From Candidatus Fimenecus sp. (GTDB lineage Bacteria > Bacillota > Clostridia > Oscillospirales > Acutalibacteraceae), in assembly GCA_045594645.1 (NCBI GenBank), contig JAZNYY010000043.1, positions 3,562 through 67,561 on the forward strand: 64,000 nucleotides of DNA. The letters run 5' to 3'. Both the position numbers and the translations under genes were made by a program. Shown here piece by piece: positions 10,217 through 20,090 of the stretch. Under the pieces are notes generated by a model, which did not search any database, was not told the origin of the DNA, and saw only the letters and a list, made by a program, of their open reading frames with translations. How positions within the stretch are numbered: position 1 is the first letter of the stretch; each line of letters starts with the position of its first letter.

Positions 10217-11710
10217 TTTTACGCTATTCAAGAATTTTCTAAACTGTGCTCTGCCTTCTTCTGTTCTGTCGAACACACCGCATTGACCGAGAATTGCTGT
10301 AAATACAAGTCCGATTTCGTCGCGGAGGATTTTATCGCAGTTATCTGCATTGATATCGCTATAATTATTCTTAATCATTTCTGCCCATTCAGCGTGCTTT
10401 GCAATTCGCTCGTCTGCCGTAATATCCTTATTCTCGAGAATGGCATCACGAAGAAGTGCCATTTCTGTTTTAAGACGAGCAGGAAGAACTGCAAGTCCCA
10501 TAACCTCAATAAGACCGATATTTTCTTTCTTGATATGGTGATGCTCGGGGTGTGGGTGATAAAAGCCGTCGGGATATTCTTTAGTAGTGATATTGTTACG
10601 AAGCACTAAATCAAGCTCATAGTGACCGTCGGTATAACGGGCAATTGGTGTGATTGTGTTGTGAATTTCGCCGTCGGTTACTGCATAGATAAATGCATCT
10701 TCGTCGGTGTAACCACGCCAAGTTGCAAGGATTTTGCCCGCAAGAGTGCAAATTCTGTCAGTATCCTGCCCCTGAAGTCTGATAACGCTCATTGGCCATT
10801 TTACGATACCCGCTTTGACATCCTCAAATCCCTCAAATGCGAACTCCTCTTCATACTGAGCCTTTGCCATTGCAAATGTGTAATTACCGCCCTGAAAATG
10901 CTCGTGAGTGAGAATTGAACCGCCTGCAATTGGCAAGTCAGAGTTTGAGCCCAAGAAATAATGGGGGAATTTTTTAACAAAGTCGAAAAGTCTTCTGAAT
11001 TTGTGTTCAGAAATCTTCATTGGTGTGTGTGCCTCGTCAAACACGATACAATGCTCGTTGTAATAAACATATGGTGAATACTGAAGATAAGCGTTTACAC
11101 CGTCAAGGCAGATTGGAATTATACGATGGCTCTGGCGTGCAGGATGATTAACGCGACCTGCATAGCCCTCGTTTTCTTTACAGAGCATACAAGTAGGATA
11201 TGAGCTTTGCTCCATTTTTGTTGCCGCCGCAATAGCCTTGGGGTCTTTTTCGGGCTTGGCAAGGTTGATTGTAATGTCAACATCACCAAATTCTGTATGA
11301 GTAATCCACTTAACATCATTCTTAATTCTGTATTCGCGGATATAGTCGCTCTTGAGAGCAAGGTTATAGTAATAATCAGTTGCGTCTTTGGGTGACTTTT
11401 CATATTCTGCGTGGAATTTTTTGATTACCTCTGATGGACGAGGTGTAATGGCACCCATAACCTTTGTATCAAATAAATCTTTATATACAACAGAATCCTC
11501 GCAAAGCCCCTTTTCAACGGCATAATCGAGAATAACTTTGAGCATTGCTTCAAGCTCTGCGGTTTCATTTATTTCTACCTCGGCAGGAATGCTATCCATA
11601 GCGAGAATTTCAAGAATTCTGTTCACAGCCCAGATTTCATCTTCTTTTTCAATTAATTCTTCTCTTATTGCATAAGCCACAAGAGATTTGATTGCCTCAT
11701 AAATATTCAT
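10214..11710 (-). CDS. galT: Galactose-1-phosphate uridylyltransferase, type 2 (Firmicute ~500-aa form)
   Basis: 498 aa. The His-x-His region SILTHEHFQGG and the overall length match family-2 GalT. Confidence 0.85.
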   Translation of the reverse strand: MNIYEAIKSLVAYAIREELIEKEDEIWAVNRILEILAMDSIPAEVEINETAELEAMLKVILDYAVEKGLCEDSVVYKDLFDTKVMGAITPRPSEVIKKFHAEYEKSPKDATDYYYNLALKSDYIREYRIKNDVKWITHTEFGDVDITINLAKPEKDPKAIAAATKMEQSSYPTCMLCKENEGYAGRVNHPARQSHRIIPICLDGVNAYLQYSPYVYYNEHCIVFDEAHTPMKISEHKFRRLFDFVKKFPHYFLGSNSDLPIAGGSILTHEHFQGGNYTFAMAKAQYEEEFAFEGFEDVKAGIVKWPMSVIRLQGQDTDRICTLAGKILATWRGYTDEDAFIYAVTDGEIHNTITPIARYTDGHYELDLVLRNNITTKEYPDGFYHPHPEHHHIKKENIGLIEVMGLAVLPARLKTEMALLRDAILENKDITADERIAKHAEWAEMIKNNYSDINADNCDKILRDEIGLVFTAILGQCGVFDRTEEGRAQFRKFLNSVK

Positions 11711-11805
11711 AGAAAAACCTCCGAAATTGGTCTATTATAATTATATTTATATTCGGCTTTATTTTCAAGATGTTTTGAAGAAAAATTTAATACAATATCA
11801 AAAAT

Positions 11806-11970
11806 AGACTTCCCCCGCCGAGGGGAAGGTGGCACGAGCAACGCGAGTGACGGAAGGGGGGGGATTTAAAACCGCTTTGTCTCTTCGTGACAGCTATCCT
11901 TTTAGGGGAGATGAGTCCCCCCTCAGTCATTTTCTGCGAAAATGACAGCTCCCCCTCAAGGGTGGAGCCC
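11806..11970. repeat. Degenerate copy of the multi-hairpin 'ccttcccc..ggggaagg' intergenic repeat family
   Basis: It shares cttcccc-N-aggggaaggtg, cttcgtgacagct and cctcaagg-gagc blocks with the copies at 38368-38491 and 58534-58665. The 61-aa ORF at 11787-11972 is a translation artefact of this repeat. Confidence 0.6.
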
Positions 11971-12020
11971 AAGAAAAACGGCGGAGACTATGCCCCGCCA
12001 TACCGTTACATTACTTAATT

Positions 12021-13757
12021 TTATTCTTCAATTCTTCTTTTGAAAATTACAAGCATTGATACTGCCAATGCCACAACTGCGACAAATACAAAGGGAATGA
12101 AATAATATGAAGAATTTGTATTTGGTATTTCTTCATTCGGTGCATTCTGCGAGCCGTTGTTTTCTTCGTTATCCTCGTTGTTTGTGTTATTGCCGTCATT
12201 GTTTTCGGTGTCGGTGTTTTCACCATCACCGCCAATTTCTGTACCTTCGTTTTCATCGGGATTTGGAGTTACTGTACCTTCGTCCTCGTTACCCGAATTG
12301 TCCTCTTCGCCACCGTCAAAGGTCATAAGCATTGGAACTTCTGTATCATAATACATAAACTGCGGGTAAGCTTCATTACTCTCAACTGTATACTGCTCGT
12401 CTGCAGTTAAAAGCCACACATAAAAATTGCCCGTGCCGTCATCTGTTCTGTATGAAATGTGACCTAAATTCTTAATAAACCAAGTCTGCATTGGTGCTTG
12501 ACAAGTTGACGCGTCAATTACATTGTCGGGCGAAATCATATTTTTGTCGGTATAATCTGCCTGAACATAATCATCGCCGAGAGTTTCGCCCATTTCAGCA
12601 ACAGTTGCAAATCCGCTTGTGTTGTAGGTTTCAATTACGCCGTCGCTATTCCACTTTGCTGATGGAGTTACGGGCGCAATATATCTGTTATAGTTTGAAA
12701 CATTGAAATAATTTACATCTTCGCTTGCAACCATTTCGTCAACTCTTGCATCTGTTCCGCTTGCAACCACATCATAGTATGAAGAAACAAAATTCTTTAA
12801 ATTGTCCCCCGCATTACCAAGCATATAGTCCATTGCTTCAAGATAATTGTATTCGGGAAGCAAGCACCAGAATGACGGAATATAAGCGAAAATGGGGATA
12901 AGGACTTCTGCATACAGTCTGTCGCCCGCCATAGCAAAAATATCATTTGCCATATGTGCTAACTGTTCAAATATAGGAAGATATGCTAAAAGTGACTCAT
13001 ACTCTGCGTTACCGCGGATACTCTGTGAAATAAGTCGAGCGAGTGCATCGCCGTCGATTTCGGGGTTACCCGTGAACAACTGACCAAGCATTTCGAGTCC
13101 GTTGAATGCAGAGTTTGACATTACAACCGTTTCAACATCGTCATAGCCATAAATTGCGAGATATGTATTGGTAATTGAGCCACCCATACTCTCGGCGCAA
13201 AGAGCAACCTTATCGTGACCCGACTTCTCTTTTACAGTTTGAATGAAATCATTAAGGTCATCGGCAATATCAAAGGGGTTTCCCGTCCAATCGTAAACAA
13301 AAAGATATGAGTGATTTTCACCCAATTCTTCATAAAGCATAAAGGCAAGAGTTTCTTCACTGCCCATATCTTCAAAATCCATATATGCTTCAACGGGCTC
13401 ATTTGAACAATCAACCGTTACCTCGCTGTCGCGGTTCATATCATTATCATAAGCTACGGGTCCGAAAATTGAATTTACCGCATTTGAAACTGCAGCAACA
13501 AAAGCGTCAATATTCTGTGTCAGCAAGAAATCTGCAAGCTTTGGAATTTCGGGCAGAATACCGTTGATAATATTATCAGTTGAGAAAATCACATTGCCGT
13601 TTTCGTCATAAAGAGTTTCACCGATTCCGCGCACCTGAACTACGGGTGTATTACCGCAGTCGCAGGTGTCAACCGCTAAAGCAGGCACAAGCATCGCAAA
13701 AACCAATGAAAGTGAAAGAATTACGCTTAATAATGTTTTTAAAAATCCCTTTTTCAT
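12021..13757 (-). CDS. Secreted alpha/beta-hydrolase (lipase/esterase-like) with acidic low-complexity tail and C-terminal membrane/sorting anchor
   Basis: ATG 13757 follows a GGAGG RBS. The signal peptide is MKKGFLKTLLSVILSLSLVFAMLVPALA. The nucleophile elbow is CAESMGG (A-x-S-x-G). The D/E/N-rich tail is followed by IPNTNS, then a TM helix, then KRRIEE. Confidence 0.6.
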   Translation of the reverse strand: MKKGFLKTLLSVILSLSLVFAMLVPALAVDTCDCGNTPVVQVRGIGETLYDENGNVIFSTDNIINGILPEIPKLADFLLTQNIDAFVAAVSNAVNSIFGPVAYDNDMNRDSEVTVDCSNEPVEAYMDFEDMGSEETLAFMLYEELGENHSYLFVYDWTGNPFDIADDLNDFIQTVKEKSGHDKVALCAESMGGSITNTYLAIYGYDDVETVVMSNSAFNGLEMLGQLFTGNPEIDGDALARLISQSIRGNAEYESLLAYLPIFEQLAHMANDIFAMAGDRLYAEVLIPIFAYIPSFWCLLPEYNYLEAMDYMLGNAGDNLKNFVSSYYDVVASGTDARVDEMVASEDVNYFNVSNYNRYIAPVTPSAKWNSDGVIETYNTSGFATVAEMGETLGDDYVQADYTDKNMISPDNVIDASTCQAPMQTWFIKNLGHISYRTDDGTGNFYVWLLTADEQYTVESNEAYPQFMYYDTEVPMLMTFDGGEEDNSGNEDEGTVTPNPDENEGTEIGGDGENTDTENNDGNNTNNEDNEENNGSQNAPNEEIPNTNSSYYFIPFVFVAVVALAVSMLVIFKRRIEE

Positions 13758-13823
13758 AAAAACATCCTCCAACTTATTAGATATTTTCATTGTATCACAA
13801 GGATTTTTACTTTGCAATGCTTT

Positions 13824-14747
13824 TTAAAATACCGTTTCAATAAGTTTTTCTGAAACATCGGGTGAATACTGCCACCTGTCTATATGGTCATCGGTACAAT
13901 AATACTTTATATTCTGTGGGGGATAATCAGCAGGAAAGCTGTCAACAATTGCAAGCTTGATTTTCATTTTTTCGGGATTTATGCTCTTTATATAGACGCT
14001 TGCGCACTCGCCCTCTTGCACATCGGGGGTAAATTCTGCCAAGCCCGCAAGGTTGGGGGCGAGTTCTATAAAAACGCCGTATTTTTCGATTGAACGGACA
14101 ATTCCGCCCACCGTTTGCCCTGCTTTGAAGTTTTCGGCATTCTCTCGCCAAGTGCCCAAGAGTTCTTTATGAGAAAGCGTAACTCTGCCCATTTCATCAA
14201 TACTTTTCACAACGGCTTTTATCATTGTATTCACCGAAAATCGCACATCGGGGTGCGGAATTCGCGAAACAGAAATGCTGTCGATTGGCAGTAATGCTGA
14301 AATGCCACAACCGATGTCACAGAATGAGCCGAAGCTCTCGTTGTGAGTAACGCGGGTTTCAATCACATCACCCGACTTAAGATTATTTATGTAATCCGCC
14401 ATAAATTCCTCTTGCACAAGTCGACGGCTTAAAATTGCTGTGCGAATGCCCGCATCGTCCATAAAATCAATTATTTTAAAGGTTACGGGCTTATTCACCC
14501 TTGAAATTATGGCAATATCACGCACACTGCCGTCAGCAATTCCCATTGCACATTCCTCGCGGGGAATTATGCCGTGCACATCGCCCAAATCCACATGAAG
14601 ATTATGCTCGCGGTCACAGAGGGTTGCTCTCGCTTCAAGAATTCTGTTCTCAAAAAAGCACTCACGCAATGAGGCTGGGGACTCAATAGATTTTTTGTTC
14701 TGTTTTGTTTCAAATAAAACACCCTCGGGGTAGTATTTTGTCATCAT
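13824..14747 (-). CDS. S1 RNA-binding domain protein (multi-S1)
   Basis: Repeated S1/OB-like segments are present (GDVIETRVTHNESFGSFCDIG, GQTVGGIVRSIEKYGVFIELAPNLAGL). The start at M7 has the RBS AAGGTGA. Confidence 0.65.
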   Translation of the reverse strand: MMTKYYPEGVLFETKQNKKSIESPASLRECFFENRILEARATLCDREHNLHVDLGDVHGIIPREECAMGIADGSVRDIAIISRVNKPVTFKIIDFMDDAGIRTAILSRRLVQEEFMADYINNLKSGDVIETRVTHNESFGSFCDIGCGISALLPIDSISVSRIPHPDVRFSVNTMIKAVVKSIDEMGRVTLSHKELLGTWRENAENFKAGQTVGGIVRSIEKYGVFIELAPNLAGLAEFTPDVQEGECASVYIKSINPEKMKIKLAIVDSFPADYPPQNIKYYCTDDHIDRWQYSPDVSEKLIETVF

Positions 14748-14874
14748 TATCACCTTTATTTTCAAATTAATACAATGATATGTGTGAAAAAGTGAAATAA
14801 GAATTAAAATAAGGTATTTTATTTTTATAATATTTATGGTATTATTTAATGTAATATGTTTTGAGGTAATTTTT

Positions 14875-15072
14875 ATGGATATTAAGGTTAATGATATTCT
14901 TGAAATGAAAAAAGAACACCCCTGCGGTGAAAAGCGTTTTTTAGTGCTTCGCGCGGGTATGGATTTTCGTGTGCGTTGTACAAAATGCGACCGTGAGGTT
15001 ATGGTACCCCGCGTAAAAATCGAAAAGAATATAAAAAAAGTATTTAGAGACGGAGAACAGGTTAATGTTTGA
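14875..15072 (+). CDS. DUF951 family small protein (YyzM-like)
   Basis: 65 aa reading [46 protein letters not shown], with a zinc-ribbon-like pattern. A GAGGT RBS lies at 14863. Confidence 0.7.
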   Translation: MDIKVNDILEMKKEHPCGEKRFLVLRAGMDFRVRCTKCDREVMVPRVKIEKNIKKVFRDGEQVNV

Positions 15073-16135
15073 TAAATTACTTGGCATTGAAGAAAGATTT
15101 GAAAAGGTCAACGAACAGCTTTGCGACCCCGCAACTGTCAGCGACCAGCAGTTATACACAAAATTAATGAAAGAGTTAAAGCAGTTAGCTCCCGTAGTTG
15201 AGAAATTCCGCGAATACAAGGGCTATAAAGACACCTTCGAGGAGTCAAAAATGTTACTTGACGAGGGCGGTATGGACAAGGATTTCAAAGAAATGGTGCA
15301 GGAGGAATTTGAAACTGCAAAAGAACAGCTTGATGTTACTTGGGAAGAGCTTAAAATTCTTCTTCTGCCCCGCGACCCCAATGATGACAAGAATGTTATT
15401 ATTGAAATTCGTGGCGGTGCAGGCGGTGAAGAGGCCGCCCTCTTTGCAAATTCACTTTTCAGAATGTACACAATGTATGCTGAGGCTCGCGGTTGGAAGA
15501 TGGAAATTCTTTCCGAGAATCCCACAGAATTAGGCGGATATAAAGAAGTTATTTTCAGCGTTGACGGTGACGGCGCATATTCACGCTTTAAGTTTGAAAG
15601 CGGTGTTCACAGAGTTCAGCGTGTGCCCGAAACTGAAAGTCAGGGCAGAATTCAGACTTCAACCGTTACTGTTGCGGTTCTTCCCGAGGCAGAGGATGTT
15701 GACTTTGAATTAAACCCCGCAGAACTTCAAATTGATGTGTTCCGTTCAAGCGGTGCGGGTGGTCAAAAGGTTAATAAGACCTCATCGGCAATCCGCGTTA
15801 CTCACCTGCCAACAGGTATGGTAGTTGAGTGTCAGGACGAAAGAAGTCAGCACAAAAATAAAGATAAAGCACTCAAAGTTCTTCGCTCTCGTCTTTTAGA
15901 AATCGAACAGGCAAAGCACGACGCTGAAATTGCAGGTCAACGCAAGAGTCAGGTCGGCACAGGTGACAGAAGTGAGCGAATTCGCACATACAACTTCCCG
16001 CAAGGTCGAGTAAGCGACCACAGAATCGGTCTTACTCTTTATAAGATTGAGCAGATTATGAACGGCGATATTGACGAAATCATCGACGCACTCATCACGG
16101 CAGATACTGCAGAAAAATTAAAGGCAGAGGAATAA
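15065..16135 (+). CDS. prfA: Peptide chain release factor 1
   Basis: The GGQ motif ([16 protein letters not shown]) is present, and the tripeptide anticodon is P-x-T type ([13 protein letters not shown]), which indicates RF1. Confidence 0.95.
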   Translation: MFDKLLGIEERFEKVNEQLCDPATVSDQQLYTKLMKELKQLAPVVEKFREYKGYKDTFEESKMLLDEGGMDKDFKEMVQEEFETAKEQLDVTWEELKILLLPRDPNDDKNVIIEIRGGAGGEEAALFANSLFRMYTMYAEARGWKMEILSENPTELGGYKEVIFSVDGDGAYSRFKFESGVHRVQRVPETESQGRIQTSTVTVAVLPEAEDVDFELNPAELQIDVFRSSGAGGQKVNKTSSAIRVTHLPTGMVVECQDERSQHKNKDKALKVLRSRLLEIEQAKHDAEIAGQRKSQVGTGDRSERIRTYNFPQGRVSDHRIGLTLYKIEQIMNGDIDEIIDALITADTAEKLKAEE

Positions 16136-16136
16136 T

Positions 16137-17009
16137 ATGAACTTCAAGCTTAACGGATTTGAGAAATTTATAATAAAACACAATAAGCTAATATGTATCG
16201 TTGCCATTATCGCAGTTATAATATCCGTAACTCTTTCAATTATATTTGAAGATTACAGTCTTTTTACTTCGTTGACCATGTTGATTTATTGGTTGGTTTT
16301 CCTTTTCACCCTCCGCATTCCATTGGATAAGGTAAATCAAATTACAAAACTTTGCAATGAACAATGCGATATGTATGCGTGCCTTGACGCTTGCAATCAA
16401 ATGATAGAGGTATATAACCCCAAAAGCATTACTCAACTTTCAAATCTCTGCATAAATCGTATTGCATGTCTTATTAACATAGGTGATTATGAGCTTGCCG
16501 AAAAAGAGCTTAATCTTTTCTGGCAAAGCTTCAACCTTAAAAAGCTTAATGGGTTAGACCTTGCGAGCACTCATATTCTTATGGCTAACATTGCTCTTGG
16601 AAAAGAAAACCCCACATTATTCAATGAGCAAATGGCAATTGTGAGAGAATATGCCAACAACTCAACAATTGTTGGACCATTAAGACACAGTTATGAGTAT
16701 AATGTTGCGAGCATAAGTCTTATGGCAGAGGCAATGAACGCCAATGAAAACAGTAATGCTTATGATTTTGAAATGAGGGTTCTTTCTCATCTTAACACCA
16801 ACCCTATGACAGGCAAGCCAAGAAAGAAAGTGGCTGAACGCTTATTTTATTTTTCAGCAAATAACAAACTTTTTGAATTTTATAAAAATGCAGGCAATAC
16901 AGAAAAAGCTACATACCACGCTTATCAACTCTTAAATTTAGGTAACGAACAATTTGAAGACTATCGCAAAGCAAAGGAATATCTTGAAAATGCAAACAGA
17001 AGTAATTAA
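16137..17009 (+). CDS. Hypothetical membrane protein with helical-repeat (TPR-like) C-terminal domain
   Basis: 290 aa with 2 N-terminal TM helices followed by a helical domain. No family was recognised. Codon usage is AT-rich relative to the neighbouring genes. Confidence 0.4.
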   Translation: MNFKLNGFEKFIIKHNKLICIVAIIAVIISVTLSIIFEDYSLFTSLTMLIYWLVFLFTLRIPLDKVNQITKLCNEQCDMYACLDACNQMIEVYNPKSITQLSNLCINRIACLINIGDYELAEKELNLFWQSFNLKKLNGLDLASTHILMANIALGKENPTLFNEQMAIVREYANNSTIVGPLRHSYEYNVASISLMAEAMNANENSNAYDFEMRVLSHLNTNPMTGKPRKKVAERLFYFSANNKLFEFYKNAGNTEKATYHAYQLLNLGNEQFEDYRKAKEYLENANRSN

Positions 17010-18009
17010 CATTACAACTGAATATGAAAAAGCGTTAGAGAAATCTGCCGAGTTGCTCAAAAACGGCGAGGTTGTGGGCATTCCCACCGAAACCGTTTAC
17101 GGTCTTGCGGCGAATGCCTTTGACAAAAATGCTGTGCGAAAGATTTTTGAGGCAAAGGGCAGACCCAGTGACAATCCATTAATTGTTCACATTGCAAAAT
17201 TTGAGGATTTAGCACCGTTGGTTGAAGAAATTCCCGAAAAAGTCAAGATTATGGCTGAAAAATTTTGGCCCGCTCCTCTTACTATGATTATGAAAAAGAG
17301 CGAGCGTATTTCAAATGTTGTTTCGGGAAATCTCGACACCGTTGCCGTAAGAATGCCCAAAAGCGAATACGCAAGGGCAATTATTGAGAATTGCAAACTC
17401 CCCCTCGCCGCTCCGTCGGCAAACCTTTCGGGTAGCCCAAGCCCCACAAATGCAAAATATGTTTTTGACGATATGAACGGCAGAATTCCGCTGATTATTG
17501 ACGGCGGTGCTTGTGAAATCGGTGTAGAGTCAACCGTAATTACCTTTGCAGAAGAGCCCCCAAGACTTCTTCGCCCCGGTGGTGTCACTCTTGAAGAAAT
17601 GACGGCGTTAATCGGTGAAATTGTGGTTGACGACGCGGTGCTTAATAAGTTGGAAGAGGGTGCCGTTGCATCTTCACCGGGTATGAAATACAAGCATTAT
17701 GCGCCAAAGGCAGACATAACTCTCATAAAAAGTAATTTTGAAGATTTTAAAGCCCTTTGCGATGGTGAAAATAATATTACCGCGTTGGTATTTGACGGCG
17801 AGGGCGAAAAAATAAGTTGCCCAAGTGTTGAATACGGCAAAGAAAACGACGGGTATAGTCAAAGTGCAAGGTTATTCGACGCATTACGCGAGCTCGACGA
17901 AATGGGTGCTCATAAAGTTTATGCCCGTTGCCCAGATACAAAGGGTATGGGTTTAGCGGTGTATAATAGGCTCATAAGGTCAGCAGGGTTTAAAATAAAG
18001 GTGATATAA
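16990..18009 (+). CDS. tsaC: L-threonylcarbamoyladenylate synthase (Sua5/YwlC type)
   Basis: The YrdC-domain motifs VGIPTETVYGLAANA and KGRPSDNPLIVH are present, together with a C-terminal Sua5 domain. Confidence 0.9.
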   Translation: MQTEVINITTEYEKALEKSAELLKNGEVVGIPTETVYGLAANAFDKNAVRKIFEAKGRPSDNPLIVHIAKFEDLAPLVEEIPEKVKIMAEKFWPAPLTMIMKKSERISNVVSGNLDTVAVRMPKSEYARAIIENCKLPLAAPSANLSGSPSPTNAKYVFDDMNGRIPLIIDGGACEIGVESTVITFAEEPPRLLRPGGVTLEEMTALIGEIVVDDAVLNKLEEGAVASSPGMKYKHYAPKADITLIKSNFEDFKALCDGENNITALVFDGEGEKISCPSVEYGKENDGYSQSARLFDALRELDEMGAHKVYARCPDTKGMGLAVYNRLIRSAGFKIKVI

Positions 18010-18596
18010 TGAAAATTATCGGTATTACGGGGCTTACGGGTGCGGGCAAGGGCACAGTGGCACAAAGACTTGTGGCATACGGTTGCTATCATATTGACGC
18101 AGATAAAGTTGCCCGCAAGGTAATAAACAACAGCGAAACTGTAAAAAAGCAATTGCAAAATCGTTTCGGTGAGGATATAATAGACAAAGACGGCAAAATC
18201 TGTCGTCCTGTTCTCGCTCAAAGGGCGTTTGCTGACAATGACAGCACAAACGCATTAAACGAAATCACTCACCCTGCGGTGACCGAAAAAATCAAAGAAA
18301 TCATCGCCGAAAAAGAAAAAGAGGGTTACAAGGCAGTAATAATTGATGCAATTGCACTTTTTGAAAGTGGCGAAGACAAGCTTTGTGATTTCACGGTGGC
18401 GGTTGTAGCACCTATGGAAATTCGTCTTGAACGAATTATAAATCGCGACAATCTCACTCTTGAAAAGGCAATGGAGCGAATAAATGCACAAAAGAGTGAG
18501 GATTTTTTCACTCGTCAAGCCGATTTTATTCTTTGGAATTATCCGCCCTATGACTTAAATAAAGAAATTCTGCCCATTGTGGCACAAATAAAGTAA
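18009..18596 (+). CDS. coaE: Dephospho-CoA kinase
   Basis: 195 aa with the P-loop GITGLTGAGKGTV and the expected family length. Confidence 0.85.
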   Translation: MKIIGITGLTGAGKGTVAQRLVAYGCYHIDADKVARKVINNSETVKKQLQNRFGEDIIDKDGKICRPVLAQRAFADNDSTNALNEITHPAVTEKIKEIIAEKEKEGYKAVIIDAIALFESGEDKLCDFTVAVVAPMEIRLERIINRDNLTLEKAMERINAQKSEDFFTRQADFILWNYPPYDLNKEILPIVAQIK

Positions 18597-18620
18597 AAAA
18601 TCCCGAAAGGAGTTATATAT

Positions 18621-20012
18621 ATGGAATTAAATGATATTAAAAAGGAACTTTTTTATGAGCCAAAGCACGCTATGGAAATTGTTGACGATGCAGTAGTAAA
18701 GGCAGCTGACGATTTCTGCGAGGGCTATAAAAAGTATCTTGATGAAGCTAAAATTGAGCGTGAAACAGTTGATTTCTTCGTGAAAGAGGCTGAGGCAAAG
18801 GGCTACACAGAGTTTGACCGCACAAAGAAATACAATGCAGGCGACAAGGTTTATTACAACAACCGCGGTAAAGCAATTATTCTTTGCGTATTCGGTAAAA
18901 AGAGTATCAGCGAGGGTGTTAAAATCTCTGCCGCTCACATTGACTCACCCCGCCTTGACTTAAAGCCCAACCCACTTTATGAAGATTCTTCTCTTGCATT
19001 CTTCAAGACACATTACTACGGTGGTATTAAAAAGTATCAGTGGACAGCTATCCCCCTTGCTCTTCACGGCGTAGTTGTGAAAGCAAACGGCGAAAGTGTT
19101 AAGGTTTGCATTGGTGAAGACGACAACGACCCACAGTTTGTTATTACTGACCTTCTCCCCCACCTTGCAGGTGACCAGATGAAGCAGACAATGAACGACG
19201 GCATTAAGGGTGAACAGCTCAATATTCTTATCGGTAGCCGTCCATTCTCAAAGGACGAGGGTGCTGACAAGGTTAAGCTTAACATTATGAAAATTCTCAA
19301 TGAGAAATACGGCATTGTTGAGGGCGATTTCTTGAGTGCAGAGCTTGAGCTTGTACCCGCATTCAAGGCACGCGACATCGGTCTTGACAGAAGTCTTATC
19401 GGCGCTTACGGTCACGACGATAAGGTTTGCGCATACCCCGCTGCTCAGGCAATTTTTGATGTAGTTGACCCCGAATATACCTGCCTTACAGTTCTTGCTG
19501 ACAAGGAAGAAACAGGCTCTGACGGTAACACGGGTCTTCATTCATCATATATGAAATACTTTATTTCTGACCTTGCGGTTATGGAAGGCGTTGAGCCCTG
19601 GAGAGTTATGTCAGCATCAGAATGTCTTTCTGCTGATGTTAACGCGGCTTATGACCCCAACTTCCCCGAAGTAAGTGAGAGAAAGAACTCATCTTTCGTT
19701 AACAACGGCGTTGTTATTACAAAGTACACAGGTGCTCGCGGTAAGGGTGGCACTTCTGACGCGTCTGCAGAATATATGGGTAAAATCCGCAGAATGTTAA
19801 ATGCTAACGATGTTGTATGGCAGATTGGCGAGCTCGGTAAGGTTGACGCAGGCGGCGGCGGAACAGTTGCTATGTATGTTGCTAACCTTGACATTGATAC
19901 AATCGACCTTGGTGTGCCCGTACTTTCAATGCACGCACCCTTGGAAGTTGTTTCAAAGCTTGATGTTTATATGGCATATAAAGCATTTAAGGTTTTCTTT
20001 GAGCAGAAATAA
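18621..20012 (+). CDS. M18-family aminopeptidase
   Basis: 463 aa with AAHIDSPRLDLKPNP and GHDDKVCAY motifs typical of clostridial 'aminopeptidase 1'. Confidence 0.8.
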   Translation: MELNDIKKELFYEPKHAMEIVDDAVVKAADDFCEGYKKYLDEAKIERETVDFFVKEAEAKGYTEFDRTKKYNAGDKVYYNNRGKAIILCVFGKKSISEGVKISAAHIDSPRLDLKPNPLYEDSSLAFFKTHYYGGIKKYQWTAIPLALHGVVVKANGESVKVCIGEDDNDPQFVITDLLPHLAGDQMKQTMNDGIKGEQLNILIGSRPFSKDEGADKVKLNIMKILNEKYGIVEGDFLSAELELVPAFKARDIGLDRSLIGAYGHDDKVCAYPAAQAIFDVVDPEYTCLTVLADKEETGSDGNTGLHSSYMKYFISDLAVMEGVEPWRVMSASECLSADVNAAYDPNFPEVSERKNSSFVNNGVVITKYTGARGKGGTSDASAEYMGKIRRMLNANDVVWQIGELGKVDAGGGGTVAMYVANLDIDTIDLGVPVLSMHAPLEVVSKLDVYMAYKAFKVFFEQK

Positions 20013-20030
20013 AATAAAGTGCAAAGTTAA

Positions 20031-20056
20031 GGCAGTCCTTATGGACTGCCTTTTTT
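20031..20056 (+). terminator. Intrinsic terminator after aminopeptidase
   Basis: ggcagtcc-ttat-ggactgcc followed by TTTTTT. Confidence 0.8.
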
Positions 20057-20090
20057 ATGGGTCGTCGAGGACGCCGACCCCTACAATAAT
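20057..20090. repeat. REP-like short GC hairpin (gggtcg..cgacccctaca)
   Basis: tatgggtcgtcgaggacgccgacccctacaata has the same frame as ttacgggcgattcgtgaatcgcccctacataat at 27606-27640. The dpaB stop codon lies inside the 'ccctac' tail. Confidence 0.55.

Noticed and set aside
11787-11972. 61-aa ORF (MGSTLEGELSFSQKMTEGG...) in the galT / lipase intergenic region.
   Set aside because: It lies entirely within the degenerate multi-hairpin repeat. It has no RBS and an odd amino-acid composition, so it is a translation artefact of the repeat.
17187-17693. Long antisense or overlapping ORFs inside well-supported genes. This 168-aa ORF in tsaC is one example. Others are 20238-20726, 25133-25558, 29229-29912, 42681-43196, 52919-53338 and 53184-53795.
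   Set aside because: All lie within genes that have clear family motifs on the other strand or frame. They are rich in Ser/Pro/Arg or Leu, as expected for shadow frames.
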